From an uncultured virus (IMG/VR IMGVR_UViG_3300038393_001252) (taxonomy: Duplodnaviria; Heunggongvirae; Uroviricota; Caudoviricetes), in the IMG/VR virus record IMGVR_UViG_3300038393_001252: a stretch of 20,000 bases of DNA, one strand, 5' to 3'. The position numbers and the translations under genes were made by a program. Positions 1 to 6,489 of this stretch are shown here, piece after piece. The notes under the pieces were generated by a model that was not told the DNA's origin, did not search any database, and saw only the letters and a list, made by a program, of their open reading frames with translations. Each line of letters starts with the position of its first letter. Within the stretch, counting starts at the first letter, position 1.

Positions 1-2
1 AT

Positions 3-401
3 AGCTCCGGCACTACGAACACCAAGCTGGACATCGAAGTCACAAACATGCGCAACACGATGGGCCCAGCCAGTGCAGCGCAGCTCTTCAACGCTCTCAG
101 TGGAAGCTTCATTAACGACGTTGATACTTTCCTGTTCCGTTCCAACACTGGCTATCGAGATCTTAACCAAATTGGTACGTTCAACTTTAACAAGTTGCGC
201 CCTGGTTGCATCTTCACAGTTGACCCCGCCACCGTCACCGCCACTGGTGCCCCGCCCTGGAGCACGGCGAGCTACGCCACGGTTGAGTGTTTGACCGCTT
301 ATTTCGGCACAACGGACAGGACCGTGCGCGTGACTCAAAGCAACGGCTCTGGTGTCTGGTTTACCCAAAACGGTGGCACCAATTGGGGCACGACCGCTTA
401 A
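3..401 (+). CDS. 3' part of a virion structural protein, possibly the C-terminal knob of a fibre/spike (5'-truncated)
   Basis: The frame of ORF 48..401 is open back to position 3 (SSGTTNTKLDIEVTNM...), so the true start lies upstream of the window. The T/G/N-rich beta-type C-terminus (DLNQI...GAPPW...VRVTQSNGSGVWFTQNGGTNW) resembles fibre knob domains. It sits in a structural operon. Confidence 0.55.
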   Translation, partial: SSGTTNTKLDIEVTNMRNTMGPASAAQLFNALSGSFINDVDTFLFRSNTGYRDLNQIGTFNFNKLRPGCIFTVDPATVTATGAPPWSTASYATVECLTAYFGTTDRTVRVTQSNGSGVWFTQNGGTNWGTTA

Positions 402-420
402 TTAACATCGTGAGGCCAAC

Positions 421-2334
421 ATCGCTCTCCAATTTGTCGGCAGTGCGTCTGGTTCGGGCACAGGTGCTTCGTATAGCGTATCGCTAACGGCGCTGACCGG
501 GGGCCTTGCTAGCGCCGCGGCAGCTGGAGACTTTGTAATTGTCGTTTCGGGGTGGTCGAGCACAACGGATGACAACCCGGGCGTAACGACGGCTGGGTAC
601 ACGGAGGTTGCTGACCTCTACTCCAACGACACCAACGACACCAACCTCTCCATAGCCTATAAGCTAATGGGAGGGACGCCGGACACAAGTGTCACGGTCA
701 GCGGTCCCAATGCGGCAACGAACGGTGGTTCCTGTGTTGTTCACGTCTGGCGCGGTGTAGACCCAACAAACCCGCTTGACGTTACCTCCACGGTTTCGCA
801 GGCCAACCTCAACAGCGCAAACGCGAACGCACCAGCCATTACTCCCGTCACGCCCGGTGCTGTGGTTATCGCTTGCGGCGGTGGCACCGGGGGAACAACA
901 CAGACAGCGCCCAGTGCTACACCCAGCGGGTTCAGCAACCAAAAGGCGCAGAACGGAGACGGTAGCACCCGCGACTTCTATACCGTCATTGCTTCCGCTG
1001 CCTGGTCTGGTAGCGGCGCGCTTGACCCGGCGACATGGACTGCGGGCAGCACCGCCAATAGTGAGTCCTGGGCTGCTGCTACCCTCGCACTCCGCCCTGG
1101 TCGTTTTGGTACGGCGGACGTTGTTGAAAGTGACGGGGACTACGTAGTCGAGGGTATAACGGACGGGAGCGGTGACCCGCTAACGGACCAGAGCGGTGAC
1201 CCGCTTGTTGGAACTGGCTGGTTCGGAACTGTAACCACACCAGACATTGGCACTCCTGTTACTGGTACGCTGGCGGCGACGGAGACGGGCGGCGATACGC
1301 TGGCGGCGCCTGGCGCAGTGATTGTCCAGGGTACGCTGGCGGTAACAGAAACGGCTACGGCAGACACCTTTGCTTCTACCGGCAAAGTGATTGTGGCTGG
1401 TGCGCTTGCTGCGACCGAAAGCGCTGACAGCTTTGCGGCACCGGGCAGCGTGCTGGTGCAGGGTACGGTAACCGCTTCGGAAGCACCGGACACCTTTGCA
1501 GCGCCTGGCACTGTGCTCGTGCAGGGCACTTTGGCAGCCAGCGAAACAGGCAGCGACACCATTGCCGCACCCGGCAAAGTCTTTGTAACTGGTTCCCTTG
1601 CGGCTGCAGAAACTGGCAACGATTCGTTAGACGCTTCTGGTGGCAACACCGTAAGCGGTATTCTTAACACGCAGGAAAGTGGCGCAGACGCGTTTGCAGC
1701 GAACGGGGCCGTGCTGGTTGCTGGGTCGCTTGCAGGCAACGAGAGCGTCGGCGACGGGTTCGCTGTTACGGGTACAGTGCTTGTGCAGGGTAGCGCAGCG
1801 CTGGGTGAAAGTGGCGGCGACACTTTTGCTTCTACTGGCGTTGGGTTTATACCGGGTACGTTGGCAGCAACGGAGAGCGAACCGGATACCTTCACCGCCC
1901 CGGGTTCTGTGCTTGTGCAAGGGGCGCTGGCTGGAACAGAAGACGCGGATACGTTTAGCGCGGACGTTGTGCACTTGACACAGGGTACGCTGGACGCGGT
2001 GGAAGATGCGGTGGAAGACACCGTTGCATCCGACGGCAACGTGTTCGTCACTGGTACAGTTACGGCAGTAGACGATTTCCCGGACACCTTTGCGGCAGAT
2101 GGGTTTGCGTTTATTACGGGAACGGCGGCCCTTGTAGAAGCGGCAGATACGGCCCAGATAGACGGAGCTGTTACTGTTGCCGGTTCTATGAGTGCAGTGG
2201 AAACAGTGCTAGACACGTTCACCTGCATTGGCTTCCAGTTTAGCCTGCTAGCCAGCCTGTACCCGCTGCGTGGCAAGGCGCAGGTGTTCCCGAATAAGGA
2301 CAAACCCCAAACGTACCCGCTGGAGGATTTATGA
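421..2334 (+). CDS. Repeat-containing virion protein (putative head/neck fibre or decoration protein), ~637 aa if started at ATC 421
   Basis: ORF 667..2334 is open upstream to an in-frame TAA at 403-405. GAGG at 412-415 precedes ATC-GCT-CTC-CAA-TTT-GTC-GGC ((M)ALQFVG...). An N-terminal beta-rich domain is followed by 15 repeats of ~22 aa. The stop overlaps the next start (ATGA 2331-2334). Confidence 0.7.
   Translation: MALQFVGSASGSGTGASYSVSLTALTGGLASAAAAGDFVIVVSGWSSTTDDNPGVTTAGYTEVADLYSNDTNDTNLSIAYKLMGGTPDTSVTVSGPNAATNGGSCVVHVWRGVDPTNPLDVTSTVSQANLNSANANAPAITPVTPGAVVIACGGGTGGTTQTAPSATPSGFSNQKAQNGDGSTRDFYTVIASAAWSGSGALDPATWTAGSTANSESWAAATLALRPGRFGTADVVESDGDYVVEGITDGSGDPLTDQSGDPLVGTGWFGTVTTPDIGTPVTGTLAATETGGDTLAAPGAVIVQGTLAVTETATADTFASTGKVIVAGALAATESADSFAAPGSVLVQGTVTASEAPDTFAAPGTVLVQGTLAASETGSDTIAAPGKVFVTGSLAAAETGNDSLDASGGNTVSGILNTQESGADAFAANGAVLVAGSLAGNESVGDGFAVTGTVLVQGSAALGESGGDTFASTGVGFIPGTLAATESEPDTFTAPGSVLVQGALAGTEDADTFSADVVHLTQGTLDAVEDAVEDTVASDGNVFVTGTVTAVDDFPDTFAADGFAFITGTAALVEAADTAQIDGAVTVAGSMSAVETVLDTFTCIGFQFSLLASLYPLRGKAQVFPNKDKPQTYPLEDL
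1157..1204 (+). repeat. 24-bp tandem duplication encoding (I/L)TDxSGDP twice
   Basis: TAACGGACGGGAGCGGTGACCCGC followed by TAACGGACCAGAGCGGTGACCCGC (2 mismatches). Confidence 0.9.
1258..2241 (+). repeat. 15 tandem protein-level repeats of 21-23 aa, consensus VxGtLaatE(x1-3)DtFaapGxVl
   Basis: Read from the translation: VTGTLAATETGGDTLAAPGAVI / VQGTLAVTETATADTFASTGKVI / VAGALAATESADSFAAPGSVL / VQGTVTASEAPDTFAAPGTVL ... VAGSMSAVETVLDTFTCIGFQF. Confidence 0.95.
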
Positions 2335-2861
2335 CAATTGTAGTTGAGGACGGAACGGGACTGCCGAACGCTGTCTCCTACGCTGATGCAAACTATGCGG
2401 ACGTGTACATGCAGGCGCGCGGGTTTACGACGTGGGTTGCGCTGCAGACCACTGAGAAGGAACAGGCGCTTGTGCGCGCGACAGACTACATGGGGCTCAT
2501 GTTTAAGTGGGCGGGTGACCGCTTTACGACGACACAGGCACTGGACTGGCCACGGAGCGGTGCGGAGCTGTACGGCACGGATGTTGGCACGGACGAGATT
2601 CCGATTCTGATCAAGAACGCGTGCGTGGAACTGGCGTACCGCGCTGCACAGGGGCCTCTGATCCTTGACCCGACCCAGGACGACAGTGGGCGTCTGGTGG
2701 GTAAGGTAGTTGAACGCGCTGGACCAATTGACGAAGAAACGACGTACATTGCCAAGGGCCAAATGTCCATCCCAACGCTCTACAAGCGCTACCCGTTTGT
2801 GGACGCAATGCTGCGCCCGCTGGTTGAAAACGGCGGGACTGGCGGAGGGGTGTACAGGTGA
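2331..2861 (+). CDS. Head-tail adaptor / head completion protein (often auto-annotated as 'DnaT-like ssDNA-binding')
   Basis: The N-terminus IVVEDGTGLPNAVSY, plus ALVRATDY, QALDWPR and IPILIKNACVELA, are typical of this siphovirus neck family. SD GGAGG upstream; first of the neck genes. Confidence 0.8.
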   Translation: MTIVVEDGTGLPNAVSYADANYADVYMQARGFTTWVALQTTEKEQALVRATDYMGLMFKWAGDRFTTTQALDWPRSGAELYGTDVGTDEIPILIKNACVELAYRAAQGPLILDPTQDDSGRLVGKVVERAGPIDEETTYIAKGQMSIPTLYKRYPFVDAMLRPLVENGGTGGGVYR

Positions 2862-3253
2862 ACTACGACAAGATTGCACAGATGGTGAAGCGCCAGATTA
2901 CGGATAAGGGGCGCGGAATTGTGCTGAGCAAGTTGGCCACGGCGCCAGATGCGAACAAACCCTGGCGCGGCCCATCCGCCCCGTTCAAGGTTGAGCAGTT
3001 CAGCACATTCGGCCTGTTCGCTGTCCCCAATACGAGTATCCCAACGGAGTCTCGCGGGTTGGGCCTGGACTGGATTGACCAGGACCTGCTCAGCCGCTCA
3101 CGCCGTGTGGTCATTGTCGCAGCGCTGGACGCACCGGATCTAGAGCAACACAAAGTCTTAACCCTCGGGTCAGAAGACTATGTGTTAATATGGGGTCAAT
3201 GCTTTCAGCCTGGCTCCGTCAAACTTTTCTACGTCTTTGGGTTGGCCCAATGA
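2858..3253 (+). CDS. Putative head closure (head-tail joining) protein
   Basis: 131 aa with a GTGA overlap. MNYDKIAQMVKRQITDKGR...KPW and the C-terminal QPGSVKLFYVF fit head-closure proteins. Located between adaptor and terminator. Confidence 0.65.
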   Translation: MNYDKIAQMVKRQITDKGRGIVLSKLATAPDANKPWRGPSAPFKVEQFSTFGLFAVPNTSIPTESRGLGLDWIDQDLLSRSRRVVIVAALDAPDLEQHKVLTLGSEDYVLIWGQCFQPGSVKLFYVFGLAQ

Positions 3254-3657
3254 ATATCACAGAAGCTCGTGATGCGATGCTGGCTGACCTCACGGCAGCG
3301 CTACCCCAGGAGTTTCCTGTTTCCTACACGGACGCAGCACCAGTGGAAGCGCTTGACGGGCGCACGGCGTGGGCGCGTTGCACAGTGAAACACATTGACG
3401 GGAAGCAACGTGGCTTCGGCGGTGACGGAACCAAGAAGTACGAAAGCATTGGAATTGTTTGTATCGAAATCTTTGCTCCGGTTGGAACTGGGCTGACCAC
3501 AGGGGACGCGCTGGCTAGTGACGCCAAGCGATACCTAGAAGGATTGCGATCGTCTCAGGTTTGGTATCGTAATATACGGGCTGCGGACGTCGGCATGGAT
3601 GGTGGTTATCAGAAGATCAACATTTATGCTGATTTTAGTTACGAAGACCACCATTGA
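3250..3657 (+). CDS. Putative tail terminator / tail completion protein (135 aa)
   Basis: Start reassigned to ATG 3250 (ATGA overlap with the previous stop). Motifs AWARCTVKH and GIVCIEIFAPVGTG; immediately precedes the tail tube gene. Confidence 0.75.
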   Translation: MNITEARDAMLADLTAALPQEFPVSYTDAAPVEALDGRTAWARCTVKHIDGKQRGFGGDGTKKYESIGIVCIEIFAPVGTGLTTGDALASDAKRYLEGLRSSQVWYRNIRAADVGMDGGYQKINIYADFSYEDHH

Positions 3658-3672
3658 CCTCTGAGGTGATCC

Positions 3673-5184
3673 ATGGCAAATAAGCAAGACTCGAACCTGA
3701 CAGGCCTTCGGTACTGCACCGAAGCAAGCCTGAAGACCCTGCCGGGCAGCCCGGTCTTTAAGCAGTTCGAACCGAACAGCTACGGCGACTTTGGCGGTTC
3801 CACGGCCAAGACGGCACGGAACCCGATTACCAACTCCCGCCAGCGCAAGAAGGGTGTGACGGTTGACCTGGACGCTTCCGGCAGCTTCAACCAAGACCTG
3901 ACACTGGACAACACGCTGGACGTACTCCAGGGGTTCATGTTCGCTGACGCCCGCTGCAAGCCTTCCACCCAGCCCATCAACGCAAGCGCCAGCGTTGCGA
4001 TGACGGCGACCACCACGACGACCTACACCGCTGCCTCCGGGCTCTCCGGGTTCAAGGTTGGTGCCAAGGTGCTTGCCTCCGGGTTCACCCTCACCGCCAA
4101 CAACGGCGTCAAGGACATTAGCGCTGTTGCCTCCGGTTCGCTGACCACGACGGGTCTGGCGGTTGAGACCCCGCCCGCTGCGGCGAAGCTGGAAACCGTG
4201 GGCCACAAGTTTGCTAGCGCAGACTGCAACATTGCGATGAACGGCAGCCTGGTGCGCCTGACGACCGCGGCGGCTGACTTCACCACCTTCGGGTTCGTTG
4301 AAGGCGAGTGGGTGTACCTGGGCAGCGACACTTCCAGCTGCCGCTTTGCCAACAACGTTGGTTTTGCCCGCATTGGCAAGGGTGGCATTACCAGCGGCTA
4401 CCTCCAGTTCGACAAGGTGAGCTGGACCCCGCAAGCGGAAACCGGCACGGGTAAGACCATTGAGCTGTACTTCGGCACTGTGGTCAAGAACGAGCTGGTG
4501 GGTTCCGGGTTCAAGCGCCGCAGCTACCACCTGGAGCGCCAGGTGGGCACGGACGCTGACGGTACGATGTCGGAATACTTGGTGGGTGCTGTGCCCAACG
4601 AGTTCACGCTCACGGTGCCCCGCGCGGAAAAGATCACCTGCGACCTGGGCTTCATGGCCATGGACCACGAACCCCGCACCGGCCTGCAGGGACTCAAGTC
4701 CGGTACTCGCCCCAACCTGGCAGCGACGGACGCCTACAACACGTCCAATGACGTTGCTCGCATTAAGCTGTCTCTTGCGGACAGCACGAATGCAAGCACG
4801 ACCCCGCTGTTCGCGTATGCCGAGGACCTGAACCTGACGGTGAACAACAACTGCTCGGTGGACAAGGCGATTGGCGTGCTGGGAGGCTTCGACATCACCG
4901 CAGGTACCTTCGAGGTTGGCGGTAGCATGACGGTGTTCTTTGCCGACAACGTGGCGGTGACTGCGGTGCGTAACAACAGCGACGTCACCCTGGACATCGT
5001 TCTGGTGCAGAACAACGCCGGTATCGCAATCGACGTCCCGCTGATCACGCTGGGTGACGGCCGCTTGAACATCGAGCAGAACCAGTCCATCAAGCTGCCG
5101 CTGGAAACGAACGCTGCCGAATCCACGTTCGGACACACGATCCTGTTCAACGCGTTCTCTTACTTGCCTACCCTGGCTGGCTAA
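3673..5184 (+). CDS. Major tail tube protein (503 aa)
   Basis: Strong SD GAGGTGA and highly biased codon usage. Motifs EPNSYGDFGG, ARNPITNSRQRKKGVTVDLDASG and SYHLER. Followed by a hairpin and the chaperone genes. Confidence 0.88.
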   Translation: MANKQDSNLTGLRYCTEASLKTLPGSPVFKQFEPNSYGDFGGSTAKTARNPITNSRQRKKGVTVDLDASGSFNQDLTLDNTLDVLQGFMFADARCKPSTQPINASASVAMTATTTTTYTAASGLSGFKVGAKVLASGFTLTANNGVKDISAVASGSLTTTGLAVETPPAAAKLETVGHKFASADCNIAMNGSLVRLTTAAADFTTFGFVEGEWVYLGSDTSSCRFANNVGFARIGKGGITSGYLQFDKVSWTPQAETGTGKTIELYFGTVVKNELVGSGFKRRSYHLERQVGTDADGTMSEYLVGAVPNEFTLTVPRAEKITCDLGFMAMDHEPRTGLQGLKSGTRPNLAATDAYNTSNDVARIKLSLADSTNASTTPLFAYAEDLNLTVNNNCSVDKAIGVLGGFDITAGTFEVGGSMTVFFADNVAVTAVRNNSDVTLDIVLVQNNAGIAIDVPLITLGDGRLNIEQNQSIKLPLETNAAESTFGHTILFNAFSYLPTLAG

Positions 5185-5187
5185 GCT

Positions 5188-5231
5188 AAACTGCGCGGGC
5201 GGAGTAATCCTACCCGCGCAGTTTCGTCTTT
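5188..5231 (+). terminator. Rho-independent terminator-like hairpin after the tail tube gene
   Basis: AAACTGCGCGGG(C)GGA-GTAA-TCC(TA)CCCGCGCAGTTT gives a 12-bp perfect outer stem and a GNRA tetraloop, with an interrupted T-tract (TTTCGTCTTT). Confidence 0.75.
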
Positions 5232-5249
5232 AAAGAAAGCCCCACTCAA

Positions 5250-5687
5250 ATGTCTCTCTACAAGCAATTCTCCACCGACAAGGCCATGGAGACCTCGGGC
5301 ATCGAACTCGAGTACCCCAACGAGGACGGCGCCCCCTCCACCATCATTCGCATCGCCCGTGCCGGTGGCGCGAACGAGCGGTATGGCAAGGTGCTGGCGC
5401 ACAAGTGCAAACCCTTCCGCCGCCAGATCCAGACTGAGACCATCTCCCCCGAGAAGATGGACCAGATCATGATGGAGACCTATGCGGAAACCGTGATGCT
5501 TGGCTGGGAGAACCTGGACTTTGAAAAGACCGAGAACGGCGAAGCTGAAAAGAACGTCGAGTTCACGCACGGCAACTGCATCCGCCTGTTCAAGGACCTG
5601 CCTGAGCTCTGGGCGGACATCCAATCGCAAGCGACCAAGGTTGCTCTGTTCCGCAAGGAAGACCTGGAAGCTGACGGAAAAAACTAA
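5250..5687 (+). CDS. Tail assembly chaperone (lambda gpG analogue)
   Basis: 145 aa directly after the tail tube gene, with IRIARAGGANERY and MLGWEN motifs. Ends GGA AAA AAC TAA (GKN*), a slippery end. Confidence 0.85.
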   Translation: MSLYKQFSTDKAMETSGIELEYPNEDGAPSTIIRIARAGGANERYGKVLAHKCKPFRRQIQTETISPEKMDQIMMETYAETVMLGWENLDFEKTENGEAEKNVEFTHGNCIRLFKDLPELWADIQSQATKVALFRKEDLEADGKN

Positions 5688-5734
5688 AAGAGGTTCTTCT
5701 CTACGCCCTAAGGTACGGGAAGTCAGAGAAGACC
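5678..5734 (+). promoter_or_regulatory. Programmed -1 ribosomal frameshift signal (A AAA AAC plus downstream stem-loop)
   Basis: X XXY YYZ heptamer at 5678-5684. The -1 frame is open from 5684 to 6067. A stem TCTTCTCT (5695-5702) / AGAGAAGA (5725-5732), extended by GG/CC, begins 7 nt downstream. Confidence 0.85.
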
Positions 5735-6067
5735 CTAATCCGCAGAGCTAAAGAGCAGCGGGGGCCGTTACCGGAACCAATCCTTAACGCCCCCGAGTTG
5801 TGTGTTGGTTTGGAGTGGTATTACGAGGCGTTTGGAAAGCTGACCACATGCAGGAGCGTTGGCATGGGTCCGGGTCCAATACCGTGGACAGCGGTGCGTG
5901 AGTATTGTGCGTACCACGGGCTGGACGAAGATGACCAGGCGGAGTTCGAATACCTGATTAGTGTAATGGACGACGCGTATTTAGAGTATGCGGCGGAACA
6001 GGCTAAGAAGGACCAAGAGGGCTCCAGCCCTCGTAAGCCTCTAACGGCGAATAGCAAACGGAGGTAA
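5684..6067 (+). CDS. Tail chaperone frameshift extension (lambda gpT analogue); G-T fusion ~272 aa
   Basis: The -1 frame reads LKEVLLYALRYGKSEKTLIRRAKEQRGPLPEPILNAPEL and continues in frame into ORF 5798..6067 (LTTCRSVGMGPGPIPWTAVREY...MDDAYLEY). Confidence 0.85.
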   Translation, partial: LKEVLLYALRYGKSEKTLIRRAKEQRGPLPEPILNAPELCVGLEWYYEAFGKLTTCRSVGMGPGPIPWTAVREYCAYHGLDEDDQAEFEYLISVMDDAYLEYAAEQAKKDQEGSSPRKPLTANSKRR

Positions 6068-6072
6068 CTGCT

Positions 6073-6486
6073 ATGGCTCAGGACCTAGGGCAGTTCGCAA
6101 AGAAGATGCGAGCGTATGCCAAGCGGGCGGAGCCTGCGGTTGCTGGTGTGGTTAAGAAGCTGGTGACGCAGATAGTTGAGGAAGTTGCCACCTCCACGCC
6201 TATCGACACCGGACAGGCCAGGGCCAACTGGCTCACTTCAATTGGCACTCCCATTACTTACTACAAGGCTAACGCTGGCTCCAACAGCGCAGCCAATGAG
6301 TCCATAGACATGGCCGCTAAGGTTATGGCTTCATGGAACGGGCAGGGTGACATTCATATCGCGAACAACTTGCCGTATATTGCCAAGCTAAATGCGGGTA
6401 GCTCCCAGCAAGCGCCGAAGCTCTTCGTTCAGGCCGCGGTGCTCAGAGCTAGGTACACACTGCAATCAATGAAGCTGAGGTTATAG
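6073..6486 (+). CDS. HK97 gp10-like neck/tail completion protein
   Basis: TPIDTGQARANW and IANNLPYIAKLNAGSSQQAPKLFV motifs; SD GGAGGT. Confidence 0.8.
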   Translation: MAQDLGQFAKKMRAYAKRAEPAVAGVVKKLVTQIVEEVATSTPIDTGQARANWLTSIGTPITYYKANAGSNSAANESIDMAAKVMASWNGQGDIHIANNLPYIAKLNAGSSQQAPKLFVQAAVLRARYTLQSMKLRL

Positions 6487-6489
6487 CGC

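Noticed and set aside
396..423. Readthrough or frameshift fusion of the first ORF into the repeat protein
   Set aside because: The first ORF's frame stops at 399-401 and the repeat protein's frame has TAA at 403-405, so no simple fusion is possible.
623..646. Short tandem duplications (CCAACGACA at ~623-646; GCGGTGGAAGAY at ~1996-2019)
   Set aside because: In-frame micro-duplications (NDTNDTN, AVEDAVED) with no evidence of phase variation or regulation.
1258..2241. Possible CRISPR array or DGR template/variable repeat
   Set aside because: The repeats are degenerate, in-frame and conserved at protein level. There are no identical DNA repeats with spacers, no adenine-specific repeat pair and no reverse transcriptase in the window.
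2331..2861. Reading as a DnaT primosomal/replication protein
   Set aside because: Its position as the first neck gene, coupled to closure and terminator genes, indicates a head-tail adaptor.
1140..2879. 579-aa minus-strand ORF with apparent repeats
   Set aside because: Antisense shadow of the + strand repeat gene and adaptor. Its repeats only mirror the sense codons.
3190..3249. Upstream start for the terminator gene given by the ORF track
   Set aside because: It overlaps the previous gene by ~60 nt. ATG 3250 gives a standard ATGA coupling.
3535..5136. 533-aa minus-strand ORF
   Set aside because: Shadow of the codon-biased, GC-rich tail tube gene, with no recognisable motifs.
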